Below are positions 26,800 to 39,217 of a stretch of DNA of 64,000 nt, one piece after another; position 1 is the first letter of the stretch, and each line of letters begins with the position of its first letter. The notes under the pieces were generated by a model. It saw only the letters and a list, made by a program, of their open reading frames with translations. It searched no databases and was not told the origin of the DNA. This DNA is from Tubiluchus corallicola (lineage: Eukaryota; Animalia; Priapulida): assembly GCA_030141605.1 (NCBI GenBank), contig JAQGDQ010000022.1, forward strand, positions 124,001 through 188,000, read 5' to 3'. A program made the position numbers and the translations under genes.

Positions 26800-29260
26800 A
26801 GATATTTTTTATTAGTGTCAAAAATACAGGACATACATACAATATCAATTTTGAAATATACAAAAACAAGACATGTATACAATTTCAATTATGAAATATA
26901 ATGACACTATAATTATACAAACTAAACAATTACCATAAAACAAATATTGTTAAATCTTCCTGTTAGTTATATTAGTTATTTGATGAAAAGTTTAAAGATT
27001 AGTATTTAAAATAAATTGTCATTCATTAGACCTCATTTACAAAGCCTTGATCATAACATTAGCTTTCTCAATCTAATTAAGAAATTCCTTAATTACTTCT
27101 AAATCATTACTTCCCATCAAGAATAAAAATTTATCAGCATCGCTCATAAGGAAAAATTCTGGAATAATTACATTGATGTGCTTATATAATTTTTCTCTAA
27201 GATCTTTGTAGTAAGGGCATTTTATGACAAAGTGTAATTTCGTCTTCGATTTCATTTCTTAAATAGTATGAGCATATACGATTCTCAACTGGGATTTTTC
27301 TAGGATTAACGTACCTCCCTCGTTCAATACACAAAATATGAGAGCTGATTCTCAGTTTTGTAAATTTTGTTACAGCCACAAACTAAATATTTTTCCAGTT
27401 GATATTGTTTTTTGAAAGTTCGACACGTTCGCAGTTTGTTTTGTCCATTGGGTTTGTTATCATTATGGATTTCTTCTTTCCAAAATAGAGTATAATCAGT
27501 TTTTATTTTTTCTTCTAATTTATTAAGTAGTCTCTTAGGTGAAAAAGTTGTCTGGTTATTCCAAACATGTTCACAGCCATTTACACATAATATATATACT
27601 TAACAAAAGTAGTCCCAACAAAAACAGTTCTCAGCTAAGTTTCGGTTTTCGTTATAAGCTTGGAATACATAACTATCATAAGGTTGGCTAATAACATGTA
27701 TCCAGTAGTTTATTGTGTCCTTAATTATTTTAATAAAAATGGGGAAACGGCCCAGTTCTGCCCTAGTCGCATATTTGTTTGATTTGTTATTAACATTCAA
27801 AAGAAATCTGCATAATTTAATATTGCTTCTTCGCTTGGCACACTGTCAAATTTAGTTTGAATGTGCGGGGAATTGTTTTTAAGTTTAATAATACTAGGTC
27901 CGCATACACAAGAGCCATATAGCATGATAGGTTCTACAATATGTTCAAATAATTTGATAATAGTATGTGGGTTTGCGCAGTTTGAGATGTACTATTTTCA
28001 TGCAGTAAAAAGCTTTTAGGCCTTTGTCTTTTAGTCAGGTACAGCTTTGCCTGAAAGCACCAGACGCAAAGACCCCTAAGTATTTATAGGATTGGACTAT
28101 TTTCAGCTTATCAGATCTATAGGTAAAGTTTAAGTCTTTTAGAATTCTGCCTGCTTTCTTAAAAACAATAATTTCTGTCTTTTTAGTGTTAACTTCCAGA
28201 GCCCATTCGCTATTCAGCTTGTTAAGGCATTGTTGCATTCCTGGCTGGGAACAAGAAAGTAAGACCATATCATCTGCATAGAGAAGACAGTTGGTTTCAA
28301 AATTGCCTAGACTGACGGGATCGCATTCATTAGATGTGAAAACTGTTGGCACGTCTTTGATATACAAGGAAAAGAGAGGAGGGCTCAACGTACATCCTTG
28401 CTTAACACCAGGGAGGATAGTATATGTTCTGTTAATCCGTCAGCAAGTTTAACAGAGTAATTAGTTTTGGAGTACGTATTTTGCAAAATCTCAAGGAAAT
28501 AAGTGCCTATATTATTTTTAACAGTTTATAGTACAATCCAATTCACCAGACTGAATCACAGGCTTTGCGCAAATAAACAACAATAAAGTTTATGATTTCG
28601 TTTCAAAAATTTATCGATGTGTGTTTTTAAGGTAAACATATGATCACTGGTACGACAGCCTTTTTTAAATCCTATTTGACTTTCATGCAGAATGTTATTA
28701 TCACTCATAAATGTTTCTAACCTAATATTCAGAATTTTCGCAGATAATTTGCTTAAGCTGCTTGAGATGGCGATTCGTCTATAGTTGTTTGGGTCTGTTG
28801 CATTTCCACTTTTGTATATTGGGATGATGTAGCTTTCCTTCCACTGGGAAGGATAGCTGGAACCAGAAAAGATCAAATTAAATAATTTACGAAGACAAGG
28901 GACAATAACTTGGCTCGAAGCTTTGAGCATTTCGTTTATAAAGCTGTCTGTACCAGCAGCTTTGTTATTTTTTAACTGGTTAATGGCTATCATGATTTCC
29001 GTATCAGGTATTCTATAATCTAGCTGAAAAAAGGTAATTTTCTTCAATATACTCGGACAGTTTTTTAGTTTTTCTCCAATGGCTATCGTTACTATTCAGT
29101 AAACTTCTAAAATGTTGTACAAAAACTATTGGTTCAATGTCATCGCCCTTGTTCAAAGTTTTTTCTGGGTTCTGATTATCTTTCAGGTGTTTGATTAGGT
29201 TCCGAAAAGCCTTCGGATTTTTAGTTTCCCGTTCAGTTAGTTGTTTCATGACACGGGGTA
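26800..29260 (-). mobile_element. Decayed, 5'-truncated non-LTR retrotransposon (LINE ORF2 RT and C-terminal domain; RTE-X-like)
   Basis: Collinear frameshifted fragments: NPKAFRNLIK (linker), KAAGTD, IIPIYKSG..NNYRRIAI, QIGFKKG..TSDH, GVKQG..LSPPLF, LLYADD, YKYLG, RAELGRFP, LRISSHILCIERGRY and EIEDE/HFVIKCPYY. AT-rich 3' UTR with minus-strand AATAAA at 26808-26813. No endonuclease domain seen. The clade call is less certain than the LINE call. Confidence 0.93.
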
Positions 29261-30469
29261 AAATGAATGTCCGTTTGTTTTCATTTTTAATCCTCTCGCG
29301 ATAGCGTTCCGACAGCGCCATTACGTGCGCACAGCGTAGATCTTTAAAATACATGTACACTAAGCGAATCATCTTTTACAGAATTTCATGTATTAGTACT
29401 CATTCCTCCCTGTATGTACGTCGTACAGTATGTCCCGTAGTTTCACAAGTGACTCTTGTCGATTTTCTAATTAACTAAAGCCATTCTAGTTGAGTTGCTA
29501 ATTATTAAAGATTGTGTATTCATCGGATGATCATCACTAACCAGGCAAACAGCATCCCTTCTGTGAGTGACACTGTACTTGTTTCAATTTCAGTCTAAAT
29601 GGAAGTTCATGGAACGCCAGTGGGGATGGTAAACTTGGTTCTAGTAGCAGGGAAAGTCCGGATGGGGAAGTTTTATTCTTTCACATTTTATTTAACTTAT
29701 CGGTAGGCTTCATACTGGAGACCCCAAAAAAAGTGTTAGGCCCGTAGGCCTACTTCCTCACGTAGAACCACTAGGCCTTATTTTTACCTGACGAAGCCTC
29801 TCTTTAATTTCATAGGGATGTGGCACTAATAATACACTGTCAAAGTATATTTATTTTTAAGATTTCCCATTTTTTCATAAGCCATTGTACTGATTGAATT
29901 GCACTGGCCAGGCAGCATTTCTACGCATCATTTTGCTTGTCTGCTGTCTGTGTTCTGTATTCATCTCTCTAATTAATCGTTTGCCTATATATATTTTTAA
30001 TGCAACGTGAAGTGAAATTACTAATTTGTGACGTTGCAGAATAACGCATCATGCAGCAATTATTCTGCATATAACGTTTATTAATTCTGACGTTACGAAA
30101 ATTATCTCATAATAATCAACCTAACTTAATCTAGGATAATTCAAGTAGGTTATACATTTCTTGAGTCTTGGCGCCGTAATTTGCGAAACATTAATCATGC
30201 TTTTCGTGTTTTAATTGCAAGCAAACGCCAGAAAGCAAGCGCTTCTTTGTGTTACGCATGCATTAAAATTTCACAGTAATGACCGCACTTAGGTTATTAC
30301 ATTTAATAAAAATGCAAGAAGTTTTTGTTCACGTACGGCGATTAGTTGTGCTTCTAGCCTTTGTGTTCCTAATTATAAGGATTTTCGCGCACGTAATCGG
30401 TGTGTGCTATTCAGTTTTTGACATGTAAATGTATTCTGCATGCTTTTATGAAAATGGCATTGGGTACAA

Positions 30470-31110
30470 AATATCTGGGCTACCGAATTACAAGCGTCAA
30501 ATATCAGAACTACGAAATTTTCTGACAACTACTAAGTGTTCGGTTGTTTCGTGTAAAGTTTGCTAAGAGTCCGATTACGAAATGTCTGGGTTGCTAATTG
30601 GCAGGAATACCAAGTTTTCAATTGTGAAATGGCAGGAGTACGAAGAGACCAATTACCACCAACCGACAGGCTTGCCAAGTAGGCGAACTGCAATGATTTC
30701 TATATGTATAGTTTAACTACAGCTACAACCTGGGTTATCATATTTCATGTGCTTATATTAAGAAGTTTGTAGTTACTAAATTGCCAAGTGACCAAATGTC
30801 CGGTTTACCAAGTATGCAAACTATAAAATGATCTTAACTGCTTATTATAGTCACCAAGTGCCCACGTTGCCAAGTTTCTAGTTACTGAATGTACTGTTAC
30901 CTGTTATCACGTTTTAACTGGCAAGGAGTATCCAAAAGTGCCCAAAGGCTAACGAACGTCTGATTTTCAAAATATTTAAGCAGTTTTAAATTTAAATATT
31001 TTATTACTAAGTGTTCATGTTAATAAAACCTGAGTTACTAAAGTGCCTGATTATCAAAGTGCTCGGTTATAAATTGTCGAATTACTAAGTGTCTATTTGT
31101 CAAGTGGTCA
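30470..31110. repeat. Highly degenerate ~15-16 bp tandem array (consensus approx. TTACCAAGTGTCCGG)
   Basis: Recurring units such as tactaagtgttcgg, ttacgaaatgtctggg, accaaatgtccggt, tcaccaagtgccca, ttactaaagtgcctga, ttatcaaagtgctcgg and ttactaagtgtcta. Confidence 0.7.
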
Positions 31111-32575
31111 GTAAGACCGCGTAAATTTAAACGAACATTTGTTTAAATATTTGAGGTTTCTACTTTGTAAAAATTCTAATGTATTAGAAGCATAGCGGAG
31201 AAATATGGCAGGCACCGTTTTGTGATAACAGGTTTTTGAAATGTCATTTTCTCTTTCGCCAGACCTTGCGGGATCTTTGCATTTCTGTTGAATTTTTCAT
31301 TCCTAACTGGGGATAAAGAGACAATTTATCAAAAAGATGGTTGTAAGCCGTGTCGGATATTTACCGGTTCTGCCTGCCAGATTATATCACGCATTTGTCT
31401 CACCAGCAAAAACCGTATTACAGGAAGAATCCCGTGAATTTGAATACCAAGCCGTCACGCGTACTGTCGTAATAATCCAGAGCAGAAGAACTGGTAGCAA
31501 CAATTGATTGCTTCCACTAATACAAGGTGACTTTAGACATGATAGCAGCGGCACGAAACATCATCGCCTGACTTATTTCTGAGCGGGAATTACTGTCAAG
31601 GCTAAACATATCATCAGTATGAGGATATGTTCGATGCATTTTTGGGCTTCAATACCAAATGAGTCTATTTCGCTGACGGGCAACACAACAATGACGTCGC
31701 AGATGCAGAATTTATTCATTGCAGGTCAAGAGCGCATTATTCCCTGCAAATATTTCATTGACTAGATCACACTTAAAGAATGAAACAAACCCATATAGAA
31801 CTTTTCGGCCATTATTCATAACTGCAGGCAGTAGTTTTACAAATTTCTTTTTGTCTAGGTTTTGTGTTGGGCATTTATTTATTTTTCTTATAAAGCATTT
31901 GCGGTATGTTAGGTCTATAACCGTTTCTCGCCACTACTGCTTACGACTGTTAGATTTGCAAACGTCTCAACCTATTACTGCCTGTTGCATAGTTCTACTA
32001 GTTGGCATACGGCTAGTTAGTTAGTTTTTGTCTTGCTCGAAATTTTTGTCCAGCTAAAAATCACATGTATCGATAATTAAATAGAAAGACAGCGAATTAT
32101 CAGCATCCAAACCAGTATCTTTTATTAACGGCAATCATTAATAAGGGGCACGGCTGTGTTGCCACGAAACATGAAACATTGTTTGAAGAGCTGTTGATCA
32201 AAAGTTTGACACTAATACAGGAATCGCCGGGAGAAGTGTTGATTTTAGTCACGCAAAGTAATCTGCGAAAATCCCAGCAGATCGTAACGATAGATGAGGT
32301 GAAACCTGCATTTTCCATCAAAAATCTTGGTGAGATTTATCGAGATAAGACGTTCCTTGCTGTAATTGTGTGCCCGAGTTTTGCAATTGCCTTTCTCATA
32401 AAGCTTACCTAATATGATTATTAATTGAAATTTAGGATAGATAATAATTAGACTTTTCCTATTTTTAAGCACACTATTTTGTAAATGAGTCTCATGAAAA
32501 TAATTTTTAAGTAGGTCGCTTGGTCAATCTCTCCTACAGTCAGTCAGTTAGACAGTTAGAGAGCGAGCGAACAGG

Positions 32576-32937
<362 letters not shown>

Positions 32938-33149
32938 AATGAATATGTTAAATAATATGCTTTGAATTTTTATCTGGTAATTTTGAAACTGTTGCAAAAA
33001 CAACTACATGTTGTACGATACTAGTTTTTTAACCGAGATTTCGTGTAATATCAATGAAGGCTGCACATGCAGATGCACCGCTGAAAATATACAGGTGTTC
33101 TAAATTTAGTGAATCCAAAACGTTTTACGTAGAAGATTTAGCGTTGTAC

Positions 33150-33350
33150 GGAGAGAGAAGAGAGAGAAAAAAGAAGAGAGCAAGAGAGAGAGAGAGAGAG
33201 AAAGAGAGAAAGACAGAGGAAGAGAGAGTGGGAGAGAGAGAGAGAGAGAGAGTTAGAAGAGAGTTTGTATGCGTCCGTGTGCATGTGTGTGTGTGCGTGA
33301 GGGTGTGTGCGTGTGCGTGTGTGCGCGCGCGCGCGTATGTGTATGTGTGA
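33150..33350. repeat. (AG)n-rich then (TG)/(CG)n tract
   Basis: Purine tract followed by an alternating purine-pyrimidine tract. Confidence 0.92.
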
Positions 33351-34430
33351 TTGAACGAGAGAGAGAAAACATTTCAAACAATTAGCTTAGGTTGAGCTAT
33401 AAATTTCCAGAAAATAATAACTAGACAGGCAAAAAGCAGTAATATCTGTTGCAAAATGCATGAGTTTCCATATTTTATTTTGGTCTATACTAGACTAGTT
33501 TGTGTAATAGTAAGTTAATGTTTTCATCACTGTCACATTTGGTCGGCCAATGTATTTAGCGAAACTCAAGATTGCTAATAAATAAAAGAAAATCTGCATT
33601 CAATCAAAAAGGCACTCCTTGTTTAGTTTTTTAACTTTCGTACTTTGTTGGGATTCTTTCACACGTCATGGCAAAATCCACTTTCAACTTGCAAACGCAA
33701 AGACTGCCGTGATCTACGCACATTGCCTCAAAACTATATATAATCACCAAGATATCTGATATTATCGGTAACAGTTTCACTAAGCCTATAATTTATTCCG
33801 TCTAATTTATTATTTAGTCCATAGACGTTGTTGAGACTTGAATGAAAATCAGGTATACGGTGATATCACTGCTTGTACGTTTCAAGACGCTTGTGTGAGA
33901 CGAGAATTTACAAGACGTACCACTTATTGAAGCCGTGCCCATGGGAAAATTCGTAAATCATTGAGAAAATGCACTTGCTTCAACAAGATTATCGAGAGTA
34001 CAGTTCAGCTATATATTTCTGGGCAATTCAGCGTCAACTATCCCCAAATGCCTAACTATATTTATCAATGTATCCTTCTAGTGCCCATCTATATCAAGCG
34101 TAGCGCGATGCCGATGGGGCAAAAAACATAAAATGGGCGAGGAGTTGAAATATATGAAACGGTAAATAAACCGATTAAGATTTTTTTTAAATAAAAACTT
34201 TATGGTGCAACATTGAGAATAATCTAATAGTGTGATATAAACACTTATCGTCAATGAAACTTCCAAATAACTTCAGTGAAGAGAAATTAAGGAACGAACG
34301 GACGAACGAACTATCTAACCATGGTTGGATAAAAATCAGAGCAGATGCCTCAAGAACTAACAAAGCTTTCGGCAGAAAACTTGACAAAAAAAATTGGTGT
34401 TTTTAAAAATAATAGCTGGTGTTAGTAACT

Positions 34431-34605
34431 TGTTTCTGAATGTGTAGTAGTAGTCTTAGTAACAAACTGATTTGTACAGGGAAGTAGTATAGGTGGTATA
34501 AAAATCGAAAATGCCCCAGTTTCAGCAGTCATGATACGTGTGTGCTTATTAGATATAAACTGCTACTAGACACTCGTTTACTGCACAATTTTTCTTTGTT
34601 TTTCC
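34431..34605 (+). repeat. Diverged ~175-bp direct repeat, copy 1 (copy 2 at 35458-35640)
   Basis: Shared collinear blocks tgtttctg, agtagtYttagta, gtataaaaatc, gcttatt and tgctactagacac. Confidence 0.75.
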
Positions 34606-35143
34606 TTCCTAACTTTGATCACAGGTTCCCATTTGATGTTTTGATAAACCTTCAAAGGCCCCCAATGCATTTAAAAACTTCTCATACATTGACACCTTGT
34701 CTTATATCGAACAGTTCCCGATATTACTGCAACTTATTTCTGATGCAATTTAATGTCTGTATCTGTTAAAATCTTTGTTGCAAGATGCTACGTGCAATGT
34801 GGCAGTAAGGGAAGGTAATCAAATGGAGCGTACACACATTCAAGAAGATGATGAACTTTAGAGAAGTCTTAATACTGCTACAGTAACAGTTGTTCATATA
34901 AATATATTTGCTTTGTTTGGCGCATTAGTCTTTTACTGTAGAAACGATCGAGCAAGCAAGTAATCAAGGAAACAAACAAGCAAATAAACCAACAAACAAA
35001 CAAAATAAAACTAGCAATATTTTAACAAACAACAATGAATACTGTCTGGAAATACATCCGTCTTGAAAGAAATAAATTTTTAAATGCAAGATAACAAACT
35101 AAAATCTCACAATGATTGGACAAAAACCCGAACAGAAGTCTTA

Positions 35144-35357
35144 TGGCGCGTTCAAACTTAGAGACTTCTCTCGCAACTTGTTGGGCAATTTCTATCTGAA
35201 AGAAGTTGCCAAGCTGTTCCAACGTTCAAGTCGTTCGTGCCACACGTTGCAAGAAGTTGCGAAAGAAGTTGCCAAACCGTTCACACGTTGCAACTTTACT
35301 CTCAGCGAGAAGTTGCGCAACAAGTTGCGAGAAATGTCTCTACGTCTGAACGCGCCA
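35144..35357. mobile_element. PIF/Harbinger-type (Tourist-like) palindromic MITE, 214 bp, TTA target-site duplication
   Basis: Left TGGCGCGTTCAAACTTAGAGACTTCTCTCGCAACTTGTTGGGCAATTTCT; reverse complement of right TGGCGCGTTCAGACGTAGAGACATTTCTCGCAACTTGTTGCGCAACTTCT. TTA at 35141-35143 and 35358-35360. Internal AAGTTGC/GCAACTT repeats. Confidence 0.9.
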
Positions 35358-35457
35358 TTAGAAACTATCAAAAATTCTTGATACACAATCTGGCTTAGAA
35401 ATAACAGTCATAACGGTTAATACTGCGTGCGGTGAGCTACTGAGTGTGTTCACTGTT

Positions 35458-35640
35458 TGTTTCTGGGTGTGTGACAGTAGTAGTTTTAGTACCTCCTAAC
35501 AGATTACAAACTAATTTCAGAACAATGGAAATATTACAGACTGTATAAAAATCAGAAACATTTCAGCGATTAGTATACGCTTATTGGACATGAATTGCTA
35601 CTAGACACGCATTTATTACAGAGTTTTTCTGTAGTCTTTC
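35458..35640 (+). repeat. Diverged direct repeat, copy 2
   Basis: Collinear with 34431-34605. Confidence 0.75.
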
Positions 35641-38141
35641 GTCCAAAGGAAGAGTTGAGCCTTCAAAAAATTCGAATCTTCAAGCTCAGCTAAATTCAGG
35701 TGAAGGCACTTTCTGAATGTTCACGGTGTCTGCTCAGCGACCAAAGTTAATCGACGATGAGTTCCACAAGTAAATTTATAAGTGACCACTAAAAACTACT
35801 TCTTTGTGATTTCGTTTGTCTGACTATCTCCAAGTATTTACCTTGTTGAGAGAGTGTATAAATGGAAACACGATCAAGACGTTTTATCGGTTTAGTGTAA
35901 CAGCTTAAATGCTTTTACTTAGTTCCGATTCATGAATCATCTGGATTCCAGTCGTGCCACAACTGTTTACGCTATGTATGCTGTTGGTGAGTGCTTAGTC
36001 GCCATTCGCAGTGTAGCGAACTTGGAATAAAAGCATTCCTACTTGCAAGCGTTTCAGCAAACGAGTAATTAAGCAAAGTTGATTCTTTTTGGATACTCTA
36101 TTGATTAAAAAGTAAATGTGTAATGCCATGAGGTAATGCCTTGCCATGCTCAGCAGACGGCTGGAAACTTTTTGAAAGACACATTTTTAATTCAGTTTAA
36201 TAATATTTAATTTGCTGAACTTGCAAATTAGAACCAAATGTTTCCATAACGAGTGAGTCAGTCTAATATGGAACCACTTCATTTCAATTGATTAAATTCC
36301 CGTATAAGAGGAGGCATTTCACCCACACTGGGTAGAAATCGCAAAAATCAAAGAAGATTAGAATACTGCTTTTCACAGTTTCGAAACTAATCTGCTAAGC
36401 AGGCTGGTACAACAAAGGCAGGATCAACAGGTTTGCTAGAGTTGCTGATTTTGAAAAAAATTTCTTCATTTAATTTCACCATTTCTGTCTTTTAACAAAA
36501 TTAATTCTGTGTTCAATTTAATGAGCACTATGAACGTGTTTTAACATTATCACCTGCGGAGTAAGTGGATATCCTTTTCTTTAGAGTCCTTTAGCTCTTC
36601 AGAAATGCCCGATAATCTTTTATTTTGGAGAGCACTTGGATAAAGAGCTGTTAGCAGGGATATACAGTTAAATCTGACAAACTACGTTGTGTGGCAACTA
36701 GCAGGAGTGTTTTTTTGCCTTGCAACGTTCACATATTAAATAATATCCTGGCTGTGATGCACTTGGCTGACAAAATATTCAGGCGATTCAGACAAAGCTG
36801 AATTCATGAATCTTATGATAGGCTATACTTGTCAAGGAATTTGTTTGCTGTTGAGAAATCATTACGTTATGGAAAAAATCTAAAAAGATTCTTTGACTAT
36901 ATCGTGAAGAGTTGAAATTGATGTGGAATATTGGAGTGCTGAATATTTGTTTATCTGCTATAAAAACGAAGTATTTCAACCCGTAAACCTACCGGCCGAA
37001 GCTGAAAACCAATATGCGACACTCAGATTATGCCTATAACAAATAAATAATGTGAAATACTCGGGCATGGATGCCGACAATATCCTTTCATGTAATTTTA
37101 AAGTCATTCTATAACTTCGGAAAGAAAAACGAAACAAACTGAAAAGACGTTATTTCTACCTCGTTTCTTACATGGATGTAAACTGTTCTGAAAATCCAAA
37201 ATTTATTTAAAATTAAACTCACTCCAAAACGATGCTCTGAGACTAATTACTGGGGACATCACGTGTTCCATAAATAAAGGCTGTTGCACATTAATCAAAA
37301 ATACTAAGTGAACAAGAGGAATAGATTCCCATGGAAGTTTCCTCTGGGTATTCATGTAAAAAATAAGAAATATTGAAAAATATAGAATCAAGGCTGTTGT
37401 AATTCTAGCACATTGATTAGCTTAAAGAAGGTTTTGTGCAGTAGCAATGTCTAGCATGAGAGGAAGTAGAAATATAAGCTCGGAATAAGGTTAGACGAAC
37501 CAGAACACTTTCTACTTACCTATTATGTATTGCAAATATCAATTGAGTTTTAAAAAACTAAGATAAGAGAGAATATAAAAAATTTAGATTAGTCGGTATC
37601 TGAATCAGGCGCAAATGTTGCCTTTGTCTTTGACATTGATTATCTGAATTTAAACGTTACCAGTTAATTATAAATTAAACCTAAAATGGTTAAATTTTTC
37701 CTTCCAAATTTTAACCAAAATAAAAGAAGATTGAAATTTGAGCTAGACCTAATTTGAACAAAAAACATCGTTTGAGTTACAAGTTTAATGTCGTGACCAC
37801 TAGCACTTCATGATTAAATGCCAACTTTGATGTCGCTGCCGCCTATGTAGAAAAATAAGTTTGCATACACGTCTCTGTCCGAGAAAGATTCAACAACATC
37901 CACCATCAACCAAAAACAGTGTTAAGTATTATGTTATGTATTAAAGTTCGTAAGGCAAGTGAGGAAATAACTAAAATTAATTAATTAATAATAAATAAAG
38001 AAAATGAGTAAATTTAAATCACTTAAGATTAATAAATAAAAGTACTGAAATAATAAAAATTACTCTTCTAATTATTCTTCAACAACATTAACATAATTAT
38101 CGTCGTCAACATTAGGCTTATTATTCTTATAAGTGGCCTTT

Positions 38142-38335
38142 TACGTAACGCCAAAGTTGAATTTTGAATATTCATAAATGATTTATTAATATTAATAAAT
38201 CAACTTTGAATATTAGTATTTCATTTATTAATATTAAAAAATCATTTAAGAATATTCAAAATTGATTTATTAACATTAAAAAATAATTTATTAATATTCA
38301 AAAATAAGCATTAAATTCCACTTTGGCGTTCCATA
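38142..38335. mobile_element. Palindromic AT-rich MITE, 194 bp, with exact 6-bp target-site duplication GCCTTT (IS3EU-like termini)
   Basis: Left TACGTAACGCCAAAGTTGAATTT; reverse complement of right TATGGAACGCCAAAGTGGAATTT. GCCTTT at 38136-38141 and 38336-38341. The interior consists of inverted AT-rich subrepeats. Confidence 0.88.
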
Positions 38336-39029
38336 GCCTTTAGCGTTTTGTTTAGCCGAAAGCAGGTATGGCTTCGACACATTTATTTGCTTTTTGTTAC
38401 AACAATTTTACTAGTGACTGTCCAATGTTTTGGTCTGTTTCGTCGCCACTATATGCTTAAACACTGTATTACGTTAAAAACGTGTTTATTACAAAATCCA
38501 GATTTAGTAAGCGTTTACTTTGATATATGTGATTATTGAATAAGCGTTCTGAAAAACCTTGGCTAGTAATGATGTTGGCACAGCAGTATAAATGGTGCAG
38601 ATGTTCTTGGGATGGTGCAGCTTCTTCTGTTTCCCATTAGTGAACGAAATCGCTTTCTGGGCAACGTTTCAGAAGAAAAATTGCGCTACTTGATTTTGCA
38701 TATCAATCCATTAACAGCGTAATAATTATTCTAAAGCCAGTAAAATCACCCGCCAACTTGTTGTCTTATGATTCAGCTTAATAATGATGCAAGATGATTG
38801 AGCAGCCCAGGCTCCATTCATTGCGAGCAACTTTGTTTTCCTGATTATCATCATTTATTAGGAATGTCATAAATTCAGACGGAGAAATTGCCTGGCTTTG
38901 AGCAGTTTTGCCATGAAAGGAGGCGGCTAATGAGAAACGATGAGTATTGTTAATGGATGGAAGTGGCAGAGATAACTTATCGTGGCATGTTGCAAAAATT
39001 AAGAAAACAAAACAAAACAGCTAGAGACA

Positions 39030-39124
39030 GGAAAAGGGCAGGAGAGGGGAAGAAAGAAAGAGAGAGAAAGACAGAGGGACGGAAGAGAGTAAGAAAGAAA
39101 AAGAGAGAGAGACATGGAGAGACA

Positions 39125-39214
<90 letters not shown>
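39030..39214. repeat. (AG)n microsatellite with purine-rich flank
   Basis: Perfect AG run at about 39129-39214 preceded by a degenerate purine tract. Confidence 0.97.
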
Positions 39215-39217
<3 letters not shown>

